Below are positions 23,936-37,000 of a stretch of 64,000 bases of DNA, in pieces (positions within the stretch are counted from its first letter, which is position 1; the number at the start of each line of letters is the position of its first letter). Below the pieces are notes generated by a model. It was not told the DNA's origin and did not search any database. It saw only the letters and a list, made by a program, of their open reading frames with translations. A program made the position numbers and the translations under genes. The stretch lies in assembly GCA_950097015.1 (NCBI GenBank), contig CATNEN010000005.1, positions 3,968,001 to 4,032,000 of the forward strand, written 5' to 3'. The DNA comes from Macrostomum hystrix. Taxonomy: Eukaryota > Animalia > Platyhelminthes.

Positions 23936-26164
23936 CAGCCGCTAATTACTCTTATTGATAATCCATAAAAACCCTTGAAAACCCTGGGATTATTCTTTAT
24001 TAAACTCCATCAAAGCTGCTAGAATTGTGCCTCAAGTGGTAAGGACAAGCAACCCGGTCTATTTCATATTAAGCCAGGGTGCCTCCTGTTTCATTATCCA
24101 TCTTGCCTCCCATTGAAAAATGTTTTCCAGCTGTCTTCAGTAATTCGCTCCATTATAGTTAGAAGAAGCCAAATCGCGGACCAAATGGTTGAGACAAGAC
24201 TGGGCCTTAACAACTAATAGGCATTCATTCTTTTCTTCCCTACTAACCAAGCTAATTAGTTGAAATATGGCAAGATTGATTGCGGTTGGTTCTATTATTA
24301 GAAGTGCAAAAGCTTTTGGCATCGATCTGCTGCTGTGGTCGCCATAAATTGGAATGGCTTCCCCAAATGGTTCATCGCAAGCTTCTTCTTAACACTAGAA
24401 AGATAACGACGTGTTCAAATACCTACATTTCGTCTGAAACACGGCTTTTAAAATTTCTAAAATTTTAATTCAATCCGAACAAACAACTTACAGATTTACA
24501 AAACATCGGTATCGTCGTCGAGTTATTCAAAGATTCTCGTCGGGCTGACTGGTGGCAAAACCCACCAGTATGAGTATAGGAATTAATTTTTTGATCACGA
24601 AATTTCGCCATGTAACCATGTCGACTCCACAAACCATGTCAAAATGAGTCGCAGGATCTTTGTTTGTTGCAGGAGCAATAGCGGCTACCGTCGGGACCTT
24701 CAACAAAAGCACCCGATCGGCATCTCAAAGACAGCTGCGTTCCCAAAGCTGAAATTGAAGATTCATCTTCTGCATTCAGTCTTCAGTCAGTAGACATTGA
24801 AGGCTGGCTGACAAAGAAAGATTTGCTAAAAACAAACAAAGACTTGCTAAGCGATGGTGACCACTCAGGCAGCGAGCTTGTTGCTTTATTTTTGTGAATG
24901 GCTTTTTAATTTGAATTATTTTAAACATTGTTTCTTAGAAGCAACACAAAAATTAGTGACAATGCGGTTCTAACAGGCCATTGTATGAGCAGCGGTTACT
25001 GGATTCTGAATGGGAGTTTATAAAGCCAAATGCTTTCCAATGCGCAAAGATGATACAATGGAATGAATCAAAATTTTTAACGATTCGTTTAAACAAAAAC
25101 TCCTTGAAAATAAAAGGGATATTGTCTTCCAGTTTTGCAAAAAGCTTTAACTGGGTTGAATTGCATCTGAAAGCAATCAAACATACTTTAGATTTGATTC
25201 AAGCGCGAATACAGCGTTACAATGTTCCTTATGAAAAAAATTAACAACGTAAATTAAGACTAAAATTGGTGTGCGCAAGACCAGCTCCTTCGGCCCATAG
25301 ACAATACCCGTCTGGGATTTACTGCATTGTAGCTCAGAAGAGGGATGGCACGGAGATCAAGTAGCCGCACATTTACCGCACAGTTGCGGAATTTACTGCA
25401 CACTTCAATCTATTTCTTTGATGGCCTTTGGGCCATAAACTATACACGAGCTTGAGACGTTTACGCACACTTGGTTATATGCCAATGGTCGATAAATTTA
25501 GCTCACTACGTACGAGCTCGTACGTAAAAATCGAAATATTTTTCTAGAGCTTACAAACTTAACTGCTACGAGCTGTCGATCGATTTGTCTGTAAGAAATG
25601 AAGCCCTTTTGGTCATGCAAAGTCGCATGTTGTGTCACATCCGGGACGAAACGGTAACAAGGAGAATAGATATAAAACAGAACAAAATCGGTGAAGCATT
25701 GATATGATCTGGAGTATATAGAGACAGTTTTAGCATGTTTAATTATTGATCAATTATTGATTGACTTAGTATCGCAAACAAAAATAAATAAAAACGATGC
25801 GAATAACGGACCAGATAAAAAATAACGACTACAAAACTATTAGCAGTAGAAAGAGTTCGCCTGAATCTTCCAAAATACTCTATCCGATGAAATAACTTAC
25901 AGATTCCACGACGATGCTGACTTTTCGACGATGTAGTCGTCAAGGAATCATGGAAAAGTTTAATCCATATGGTGGACTCCCACGAGAATCGGTCATTCAA
26001 TCGCTGCTATCCTGAATTAGGCAAAGGTAAAACTTCTACGACCTTCGCACGATGAAGTTCTAAGTTAGACAGGGCAAAATCGTCAATAAGTAAACGACAC
26101 AAAAATAATGTAGTTATCGAGGTCGCTAGTGTTGCAAACAATGGTTTTCCTATCTCTGTACTCT

Positions 26165-29100
26165 TCACAATCCTTTGTGATGATTTTGATGGTTGCCATG
26201 GTTGTTATTCAACTGGCCATTGCCCACTTCGGACATGAATCCAATCGGTGTCTTGGAGAGCAGCAGGGCAGTCGCCGCGGTCGAGTTGTCCAAATGCTGC
26301 TCCTGCAGCTTCTCCTGCTGATCGTCGTCATCGCTAGCAACTGATCCGGCGGCGGCGGCGGCGGCTGCGGCTGCAGCGGCTGCAGCCTCTTCGGCGGCGA
26401 TTAATCTAGCCAGCTGTTGAAGAACATCGCTGGCTAGTAGGCCTGACACACCGGCGTCGATGTGAAGCAGTAAGAGGGTGGCATCACAGTCTAGCTGCTG
26501 CTGCTGCTGCTGCTGCTGCACCTGCTGCTGCATGCCGCCACGCTGAAGTCGACTTACTAGACGACGTCTCAGCGGAGGCAGCAGGCAGAGCAGCCAAACG
26601 AGCGAGCTGACACCGCTGGCCACAGCGCAGATCAGCAGCCACAGAGCTCCGGCCACGCACAGACAGTTGACGAGGGACTCGTGAGCGAATTCGCAGACGA
26701 GCTGGTGCGCGTGCTGATGATGCACATGCAGCTGGCCGCCATATTCGCAGTGGAAGGCGCCCGGCATCAGTCCTGCCTGCCAGTCGGAATCCAACAGGAG
26801 GCGCCTGGCCGGGCCAAGCGGGTGTCCCGATACGGCGTTGAATGGCCGACCTAGCAGGCGCAAGCAGGCCAGAGCGATGCCGCAGGTAGTCGCCTTGACA
26901 ACCAGATAGATGGTTGCTAGGCAGCAAGGAAGCGGCGCCGCTCTACGAACTTCGTCGGCTAGATAGGCGGTGGCGTGGCTGCGCTCAAGCCACGGCTGCC
27001 ACTGGCAGGCCAAGCCGAGGGACACCAGCTCGTGAGCCCGGCGGCCAGCCAGGCGCCATAGCAACCGCGGCGCGACCATAGCAACGGCAATCCCGGCGAA
27101 CACGGCTGGAAGCCAACGGAGGTAGTCTGAAAATTCGCAAATGAAGTATGTTCGCTCGAAATTAAACGATGAAGTACAATTTTCCTAAAGAACTCTCTTT
27201 TTTAACCAGCTTAAATTCCTATCTATCAGGGTAATGCTATTGTCAGATTAAAAAACTCAATCATCGGTAGAAATTTTTTAGGCGCGACAATGAGTGGCGT
27301 ATAATTAGCTAGACAAGGCAAATATTATTGTCACAGTCAGCGCATTCCAAATTAGGCCAAGTTGAAAAATTGTTTCTAGTCGACAAATTTTCGGTTCCCA
27401 CCCACTTATGTCAATGAAATTTGTTCTGTCAATAACATGAATTCTAAAAATAGCTTCTATATAAGCTTTTTAGTGGAGTTTAAAAGTCCTGGGTAAAAGC
27501 CAATGAGATGTCGCAATAGCTTCGTGCATGTGTGTCGGGGGGGAGCTTCATGTTGACGGGGTACCAATTTCATCTGGGTCCTACTTAGCCCTTTGCCTCC
27601 AACACTGTGCCAAAATGTTCTAAAAATAGCCGCTGTTAGAACAGCTAAGTCTGGTCTTAGCTCGTCACTGTCAAATTCTGGTTAGCTTTTTTTCTCCATC
27701 TGACGCTTTTTATTCGACCACAGCAGGTGCCTTCTGCCTTACTTCCTCATGGAATATTTAGCTAGCGCGGCTCCTCGAAGCTCAAGCAAAAAATGATGAA
27801 AATTGCTTCGCGGAGAAGGAGGTAAGGTGGGAAAGGAGAGGAGACAGGGTGGGCAAGAGGAGAGGAAACGGAGGGGCAAGTCACGGACGAGTTATCCGGT
27901 TGAGTAGATGGATCTAAATATAAATCAGTCTAGTGATATATGCGGTTACGGGGGGTCATTGCTGCCAGGCTCTGCACTTTATAAATTAAGAGAAAAAAAA
28001 CTTGCGGCTTGTCCAGCGTCAAATTTGTTTCCCCTGCTGACCGTCGCGAAATTGTGACGAGATTTTCATCCCCTCTGCTCTATCCCAGCTCTCCCGATGG
28101 GATTAATCGAATCCCTCCCACGCAAAAAAATCCCAACAGGATGGAAACAAAAACTAAGACAGTCCGCCGCGCCCTGTGGAACTAGTTTTATGATGAAATG
28201 CTAATTTTAGCTTCGGCTATTGCTGGCATCCATTTAACAGCTGGGTGAACTGAAGCAATGCAGAGTTAAGTATCTGGCTGAAGGACACATATTTTTTCGC
28301 GAATCGAACCTCCGACCTTTAATTCGCGAGTCCATCGCTCTAATTACAGAGGCCGAAACCCCAGCGGATTTCCTTTCAATAATTTCTACTCTTTGAGCTT
28401 GCTTTCCCATTCCTTTTGCAAATCACTTCCGTTTTCTGCATGCTCAAAGTCTTTCAGCCCGCTGTCGGATAGGCATAGCTTGAGGCTAAAACACTCACTA
28501 ATGAGCGGTTATTCGCGAAAAAAATATTGCAAAAAAATTGCTTGGCTTCCCAACATGCAAAGAGAGAGCTATCGATTCTAATGTGTAGTTTTTTATGCCT
28601 TGGATGAGTCTGGAATCAGGTCTGTCGAAACATCTTCTTTAGGTAGCAAGAAGTTGAGCACTATATAAGAGAAGCTATTTATTTTACACTTTTTAGCTTG
28701 GTTCCATTTCGATTCTGTAGAATCGATTTGAAGTATTTTTGTCTAGATATAGTTTAAAAAAAATTTATGCACTTATAAGATTAAAGCTTGTAGGTCTGAA
28801 CCTTCATACTTCTGATCGAGAGATCCGGAGTTCGAATTTTAGCTCGGGTAAATCAGTTAAAAGTGTTATTGAGCAAGACTGTTGATTTGTCATCGTTTTA
28901 CTGTTGAAACTGACGATGCGTACAGTTAGACACTCACTTTTGACTGGCACTCCTTGGCCGTTGGGTAGCTGGGCGGTCCTATTGACCTCCTCGAACAACA
29001 CGGGCGCCTCCCAGCAGAAGGTCTCGGCGTGCTCCAGCCAGGCGTGATTGAACTCCTTCGGTGCCAGACAGCGCAGGGGAGACGGCAGCGCTGTCCAGTG

Positions 29101-29211
29101 CATCACAGCCGAGGAGTAGACGGAGAACAGACCGAACAGGGCAGCGGAGCCGAGCCAGCTGGCTTTGTCCGACCAGTCCTCGGCGGTGCCTTGGCACAGC
29201 CAGTTGAGCAT
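26165..29211 (-). CDS. Innexin (invertebrate gap-junction/pannexin family), divergent, 411 aa
   Basis: Exons 29211-28938 and 27126-26165 with a phase-1 GT-AG intron (1236 nt). Four hydrophobic segments. EL1: LRCLAPKEFNHAWLEHAETFCW (C-x-P-x-EF...CW). YLRWLP occupies the YYQW position and PRLLW ends TM2. EL2 has two cysteines. Confidence 0.85.
28235..28350 (-). mobile_element. SINE family C 5' fragment (tRNA head plus central domain)
   Basis: acagctgggtgaactgaagcaatgcagagttaag...aaggacac...gaatcgaacc, matching 52340-52470. A further fragment lies near 18265-18350. Confidence 0.7.
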
Positions 29212-29244
29212 GGCTGATTGAGATAGGTACGATTGTATAATAAC

Positions 29245-29606
29245 AATAATTACAGGAGGGCTGCGGGCAATGGCGCATCATTTTGGTGACACTAGACCCG
29301 CAGCCAGCGAGGAGGCCATTCTGCCCATTTCGCTGACTCCTGAGCACACACTCACACACATATACTGTACGCAGACACACGCTCACACCATGTGTGTACA
29401 TCTGCCCTGACTTTTTATCTTCAGGCAGTGTACACTTTCACTGTGCCTTGGAGGTTGGCCCTCAAGGGTGTAAATTGCACGACAAGCCACCAAGCCTTCT
29501 CTCCGTTGCCAAGCCCCAAGCGGATGTGGCCTCGCTGCGGAATCGAGCTCAGGGACCTTGGTGCAAGAGTCAATAAACGCGTTAGACGCTCTGCCACTCA
29601 CACCCC
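29245..29606 (-). mobile_element. SINE S1 near-full copy just upstream of the innexin ATG
   Basis: Reverse complement of the full 53664 copy, including the A-box region (gtggcagagcg) and the tail. Confidence 0.9.
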
Positions 29607-30799
29607 GCACAGACGATGACGTAACAACGAATATTTGTGATGACGTCCAGGGGTACAGGTGAAAGTATCGAGATCATTGCGATGATAAAAGTTCCTTTAA
29701 ATTTAACTTCGTAAATGCGCTAAGATCTTGCGAACATCTGATACAATTTGTGATTCCATATCTCCCAAAATTTGTGGATCAAAGTCATTTATATTAGAAG
29801 TACTTTGTCAGCTTTAAATGCATATTGGCTTGACGTCAAAAGTAAAAAAATGCAAATCCTAGGAGCTACGTAAAGGGATTAAAGAATTACATGGGAACTC
29901 ACCCTTCCTCTCTTGATGTCCTCGCTGTTCAGTTGGGTCCTTGTGATCTGTTCGTCCTACTAGAGAATCGTCTTCCACACGCCAAGCAGACGCTTCTATC
30001 TCACTCTCTCTATTTTCTTTCCAATCACTATCTGTGGGCTTATATTGTGCTAAAAATAGCTCATATACCTACAGTCAGAGAGCAGCAAACTGATGTAGAA
30101 CTAAGGAAGCTAGGGCGGTTTGGGAGTCCGGGCTGGGGCCTACAGTTGACTGCTAGTATAAAGTAGCCTTTGTCCACACTGTGGGAGCGGAACAGATCCC
30201 AAATCTCTATCGGATCCCCAATCCCTAAAAAGAATCCTTCCACCCCATCATCAACAACCCCTCAGCCTTCATCTAGGCTGGTCGGCGGGTTCGGAAGGCG
30301 CTGGCGGGGAAAGAGAAGGGCTGGACGAGAAGTGGCGAGAGGCAGCAAGGCTTTGAGGATTACTAGCTCCGACAGCCAATAGAGTGTAGAAGCGACAGTT
30401 GAGAGCCGCTAGGTGGGAGGATGGGCCTGGCTTAGTGGAATCCGGGACTAGAGAAACGGGAAGGAAGTTTATTGGGGCCCAGGCTGCCCAGCCATGCAGC
30501 GAGAAAGCATTGAGCTGTGCCAGTACTGCGTGAGAAAGCTATGCTAAGGGACAACAACAATCAGCTGCTGTGAAGGACTTTGGCTGGGAAAAGATCCAAC
30601 CCCGCCTACCAAATTTCAAGTTGGATCTGGCTTGCTCATGTGACTGTGGACTGGACTGGCTAGCAATGCTCAGGGAGCCTGTAGTACTGTAGAAGCTACT
30701 GTCCTTGAACATGACAACAAATTTCCTTTTTCTTCTGTGTAACCTGTCAAATTAAAACCGAACATTAGTTTGTGTTGAATTTTGTTTAGAAAATATATA

Positions 30800-31082
30800 A
30801 TTGTAGGAGGGCTGCGGGCGATGGCACAGGTCACACTATTGACCTGAGGATGCAATTCTGCCATCCCAACTGACTCCTAAATACGCAGGCACACGCTCAT
30901 ACAGGTGTGTACATCTGCCCTGACTTTCTCATCGTCATGCACTCTCACTGCGTCTTGGAGGTTGGCCCTCAAGGGCGTAAATTGCACGACAAGCCCCCAA
31001 ACGATTGTGGTCTCGCCGCGGAATCGAGCTCAGGAACCTTGGTGCGAGAGGCTAATGCGTTAATCTCTCTGTTACTCACCCC
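30800..31082 (-). mobile_element. SINE S1 copy
   Basis: Reverse-strand match to head, body and 3' end, with internal deletions. Confidence 0.85.
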
Positions 31083-31545
31083 CCAATGTTGGGTGTTCGT
31101 ACACCAGTCCATGGAATGTACACAACATTCGCAATTATGTACCTAAGGCCCAGCTTAGGTAGGTGTAATTCTACTTATCAATTTTCCATCAAGTTCAGGT
31201 TTCAACTTGCCAAATATTTCAAATCTTCAACTATCGATGGGTCCGATTTCTCTCCCGAGTCCTTTCTAAAAACAGATTAGCTGTCGTTGCTTCGGTCACC
31301 GAGGTGCGACAAAATTATATCTGCTTCAGTTAGTTCTAGATATTGACATGCAAATTTTTGCTAGGTCATGCCCAGCAGGGCCCTATCAACTTAAAGAAAT
31401 GTTTGGACAGCCGAAAAGTGACGAAGAGAAGAATGATAGATGTGGCAAACTGGTCAGACTTAGATTCCTAACAGGCAACCAAAGAATGAGTAGCAATTTT
31501 TGCTCGTGCAGTTGAAATATGTACTTGCATATATTCTCAGTCATT

Positions 31546-32090
31546 TAGATTGGTGTGTTGTCAATCTTTGAGAGATTGGTGTCTTGTCAATCTCTGAGAT
31601 TGGTGTCTTGTCAATCTCTGAGATTGGTTTCTTGTCAATCTTTGAGATTAGTGTCTTGTCAATCTTTGAGATTGGTGTCTTGTCAATCTCTGAGATTGGT
31701 GTCTTGTCAATCTTTGAGATTGGTGTCTTGTCAATCTTTGAGAGATTGGTGTCTTGTCAATCTCTGAGATTGGTGTCTTGTCAATCTCTGAGATTGGTGT
31801 CTTGTCAATCTTTGAGATTAGTGTCTTGTCAATCTTTGAGATTGGTGTCTTGTCAATCTCTGAGATTGGTGTCTTGTCAATCTCTGAGATTGGTGTCTTG
31901 TCAATCTCTGAGATTGGTGTCTTGTCAATCTCTGAGATTGGTGTCTTGTCAATCTTTGAGATTAGTGTCTTGTCAATCTTTGAGATTGGTGTCTTGTCAA
32001 TCTCTGAGATTGGTGTCTTGTCAATCTTTGAGATTAGTGTCTTGTCAATCTTTGAGATTGGTGTCTTGTCAATGTTTGAGATTGGTGTCT
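31546..32090. repeat. 24-bp minisatellite (gagattggtgtcttgtcaatctct)n
   Basis: About 22 units. Each unit contains the inverted pair gagattg/caatctc. Confidence 0.96.
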
Positions 32091-32589
32091 ATTTGAATAT
32101 TTCTTCGAACTAGTGATTAATTTATTTCAGGGCAAAAAAATCAAACCTGGCATTATAATTTTAGAAACTTGTAAAATAATGCTTCACCACATTAGGCCTA
32201 TGCCTGAGCTCCAGATGACGAACGTGAGAATAGAACGTGACTGCGAATTTCGGCTGCTTGAGTGTCTCAGAGAGCACGGATGGAGTGTGTGGCTTAGAGG
32301 GGCGGAACACGCAGAGAGCGGAGCAGAAGAGAAAACTTAATTTCCGGCCCTCTGGTGAGCTCTTTGACACTCGCTCAGACTGGCACTCGAGTTTCTGTTG
32401 AGTAGCAGTCGGGACAGATTCTATTCCTGGCGTTGGCCACGCATGGGGCGAAACATTTTGGTGATTGAAGAGCAAGCCGACAATGAAGGCAGCTGATTTT
32501 GGGCTGAAAAAAAAACTGTTTTAATTTCGTCCCCAACGACTGACAATAATAAAAAATACAATGATTTACACGAGGGCTTTGGGCACTGG

Positions 32590-32822
32590 GTCAACATTTG
32601 GTGACACCAGATCCGCAGCTGCAGTGAGGAGGCAATTCTGCCCCTTTCGCTGACTCCTGAGCACACACGCATGCAGGTTAGGCAGTGTACATTCTCACTG
32701 TGCCTTGTACAGTTCGCGACATACCACCAAGCCTTCTCTCCACCGCTGCGCCACAAATACATGTGGTATCGCCGCGGAATCGAGCTCAGGGACCTTGGCG
32801 CGAGAGGAAAATGCGTTAGACT
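32590..32822 (-). mobile_element. SINE S1 copy
   Basis: Reverse-strand match (ccgcggaatcgagctcagggaccttgg; gaggaggcaattctgccc). Confidence 0.85.
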
Positions 32823-34072
32823 CTTCTTGAGTACTTACGAGCTTTGCCAGGAGAAGCGAAAATATCTTGTTTACTATTTTAATTTTGTTGCTATGCAAAT
32901 GAAAATAATATAATAAGTAACAAAATTCTGACAATCTGACAGTTGCAAGGATGCACTCTGTTCTCTTTCTCCAAGAAACGACAAAAATTTTGCTTTAAAA
33001 AGCATACAAGATTGTTGCAAACTGGTTACTCAAACATATATTGTTTTGTTCAAGAAGCATACATTTTGTCTTGTGAAAGTATAGCATCTTCGTTACTAAT
33101 AGTAGTATATTATATAAAACAAGTGTGAACGAAATAGAAGGGAAGGAAATATAGGATTGGTCACGAGAAAATTCTGTGCGAATAATTTTGGTTTTTCTTC
33201 GAACACACAATCCCCTCGTTATAAACGACAAAAAGAATCACAAAATGGTCGAGAGAACCGTGTTAGCTCGAATATTATAGAAAAAAAATAAATATAAGGA
33301 ATATCCTTAATCTGTGAAGTTTATTCTAACTTGCGGGCTGTGAACTTAAATAGAAGTTCAAATCGATGAGCATGTACGGCAAAGATTTTCGCCAACGAAG
33401 AATAGAAATATAAGTGGGGCCCTCACTAGGCAGTAGATGAATAAATATATAATAAACATATATATTAGTAAACGTTTGCTTTGTTAAATTTTTACTGATT
33501 TTTAGCAGTAAAAGACATGCAGAAGTATGTAAACAGCAAAACTTTGTCACGAGACAATGCTGTCCTAGAGTTCGGAGAGTATATTACTTTTGGTGTGTGT
33601 GTCAATGACCTGCAAGTATCGATTGTTCATGAGAAGTAATTTAGGGAAGTAACTTGCGACAGATAACAAGACATTGCTGTGGGCAATTTGGTGTCTTTAG
33701 ACCCGCAGCCAGCGAGGAGGCAATTCTGCCCATTTGGCACACACTCGCACTTGGGTGTACATTTTCACTTTAAACACATTGTGGGCCTCAGGCGCGCACA
33801 AGCCCTCTCTCCGTGGCTGCGTCCCAAATAAGAGTGACGCGAGAATGGAGTCTTTGTACGCCTTAAACTGCTCACCCACTCAACCCCTTGAGAAATTTAT
33901 TTTAAAAAACAGGATTTAACAGGATAAAAACAGGATTCGCCATAGAAGAAAGAAGAAATCGGCCTAAAAAAGATGAACAGCTACTTAGTTATCAAAGTGA
34001 GTATTTTCTTGTCAAAGTTTTCAGTCAGCCAGTCGGTTGGAGAAATTTCGAAGCATTTGATCCTGTGTACGG

Positions 34073-37000
34073 TCAGGCGCTACGCTGAGCCAGCTGCGTC
34101 TCCAGCTGCTCGATTCGTTCGTCGCCGACGCCTCCGTTGTTCTCCAGACTGACGGTGCGAAGACCGTTGCGAGAGGCGCTCTGCGCGATAGAGTCGCACG
34201 CTCGGTCAGTCAGGCGATTGCCTTCGAGGTCGAGACTTTCCAGAGTTCGATTCTGACCCAGGCCATCTAGCAGGGCAGCCAGAGCCGAGTCAGTCAAGTC
34301 GCAATAGTCGAGCATGAGCGACTCCAGCTGAGTGTTGGCCCGCAGAGCTCTGCCAAGACCGGCCCAGGCCGCCTCCGAGAGGCCACGGCTGGCAGTCAGC
34401 TCCAGGGCTGCTAGGGGCGGGTTCTCGGCCATCAAGCCTGCCAGCTGCTGCAGACCTTGGTCAGTCATGCCTGTGGCGCCGAGGTCAATCTGAAGCGTTG
34501 AAATGGTTGTTTTGTCGGCGTGCATATAGGTTAAGAATTAATGACGAGTACTTTAAACATTAATATTTCAGTTCGTATATTTCCAGGAGAACTGGTTCTG
34601 GCTCTGCAGTTGGTGACACTAGACCCGCAGCCAACGAGGATGCGATTCTGCCCATTCCACTCACTTCTGCGCACTGTACACGCACACAGACATTGTTTGC
34701 AGGCACACTCACAGGGTGCGTACATCGTCATCGTCAGGCAGTGTACACTCTCACTGTGCCTTGGAGGTTGGCTATCATTTAAGGACAAGCACTAAAGCCT
34801 TCTCTCTGCGACTACGCCCCAAATGAATGTGGCCTCGCCGCGGAATCGAGCTCAGGGACCTTGGTACGAGAGGCAGACGTGTTAGACCGCTACCGCTGCC
34901 TAAGTTTTAGCCTCTCACCCACCCCCAAAGTTGGACGCATTAAAACTCTCGATGCGTAGAAAAAGGGATACGATTGGGCCATAGACAGGAAGTTCCACCG
35001 AAGAAGACAGCATCTTTTTAGAACAGCAGGCTCACATGGTTCAGGTCACAATGGATGAATTTTGTTGAAAAATAACTGACATTGCATTAGCGAGATGGGA
35101 CAAAAGGAAGTAGCAATTAAAAATGTTTAAGCACCTACCGTCTGGATAACATTTGAATTTGAACGAAATCTCGTCCTCAATCCTTTGACCAAAGCGTAGA
35201 TGCCATCGTCGCCAACTGCGTTGCCGTGCAAATTAATATTCTCCAGATTGGGCCAGCCAGACAGTCGCTCGGCAATTACCGAGGCAGCCCTAGGCCCGAT
35301 ATTGTTATTGCCAAAGTTCAGGTAGATAAGGCTGCTGTAGCCAGCTAGAGCTTCCAGCACTCGAATAGCCTGACTGTCCGTCAGCTGACAGTTGCGCAAT
35401 GCGACATTGTCGTAAGCTTTGGCTCGCTCCGGTTTGCTGAGCTCCTTGAGGAAGAGCTCGAACTGTCAATGGGGACGATGGTTGTAAATAATGCACTGTT
35501 GAGGCGGTGATTACTGTAGCTTGTTTGCGATGACTGCATTGTGATAAATCATGTATTAAACAATGATATTTAAAGTGAATGACTGTACATCTGGGCCAGC
35601 TTTCTCGTATGCTACTTGAATTAGCCATGTTTGTTTTATTCATATCTTGAAATCTTTAAATGGCATTTAAATGAGATTGAATAAGATTTTGCAGGTCTTA
35701 TTCATATGGTCCTATATGCACAATGAATTCGCAACAAAGAACTAATAAAGAAGCATCCGCTGAATATAAAGTACGAGCGAATATATTAGTAGACATAAGT
35801 AGTATGCAACGTAGGAAATTCTAAAGCGAACATAAATTGGATTCAACTAATTATTTTCCAAAGAAAGCTGCTGCATTGTACGAGCATAAAAATATTAATT
35901 CGTTCCTAAATATCTGGACCACAGTGACGTCATCCAAGCTTGTGTAAAATAACAAAATAACTTTTTTACATTTTGAAACTTCATTAGCACACGGATATAC
36001 GAGTATTAGACTTGATAAGTTTCTTGGGTATAATATATGCACAAAAATTTACATTTTCGCGTTCAACAACATTTTTGGTGTGAAAAAACATATTTAACGG
36101 ATCAACCGATTATTCAAAACTATATCATGCTTTGGTGTTCGATAGTGTAAGAGAGTGTTTAGGTACAGTAGTCGATAAAATGCAGTGTCTTCTTATTGTT
36201 TAAGTCGAGAAATGGTAAATTTTTTACATTTTTTATGACATTTTTTATCTAAGTTAATTTTTTACCGAAGTTAAATTTTCATGAAGTCATAATAGTAATA
36301 ATAATTGATGAAACCTGCCCAACTGGGCCAGATGTGCAGCTATTGCGCGGTGCATCTGAAGTCTGCGTACGGCTGTTCAGTCCATGGACTTGGGGGACGC
36401 CAAACCCACCCTCAATTACTCCAGCTGATGAACTGAAGCTATATGTAGAGTTAAGTGTCTTGCTAAAGGACAAAAATTGTCCTAATGTGACCTCCAAGTC
36501 CTGAGTTCGACGCTCTAACCACTCGGCTATATGCATTCTGCTTCGTTTCAAAGCCTTGACTTTGTACCTAGCTAGTCTTCGTGACAACGGTGCTTCAATG
36601 TGCACCAAATGTGAATTGCAAGAGGAAAATTGCGTTCTGCACCTCGAAATAAACGTGATGCGCTTCATTTCAAATCAATACAAACCTTCCTTGCAACTAT
36701 CGAATAAAATTTGTTAACATTAAAGAGAAAATACAGAACAGAAGCTAAATGTTATAAAGTATAAAAGTGCGAAAATAACGATTGAGCACAGCGAAATATG
36801 ACAGCGATTTGATGCAGAAGACGCTAATTTTTTAATCGGAGATAAAACTTACCGTCTGCAAAAGAAAAACGAACGTTGTTTCATGGAAAGAAAGTTTTTA
36901 GCGCGAGTTAAATAGTTCTCTGCAGTATTTCTGCTACGTTTTAGGGCACTTTCTCTACTTTAAGTAATACTAGTTTACGAATGCAAGAAAATTAATTATA

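Noticed and set aside
26129-26927. ORFs 26129..26344 (+) and 26484..26927 (-) overlapping the innexin
   Set aside because: Antisense and alternate-frame shadows of a GC-rich coding exon. The same applies to 51619..51924, 54473..54925 and 37385..37767.
29890-30700. GC-richer block upstream of the innexin, possibly a LINE or ORF
   Set aside because: No RT/endonuclease motifs in any frame I translated. It may be a non-coding first exon (donor-like AG|GTATAT near 30067), but this is unsupported.
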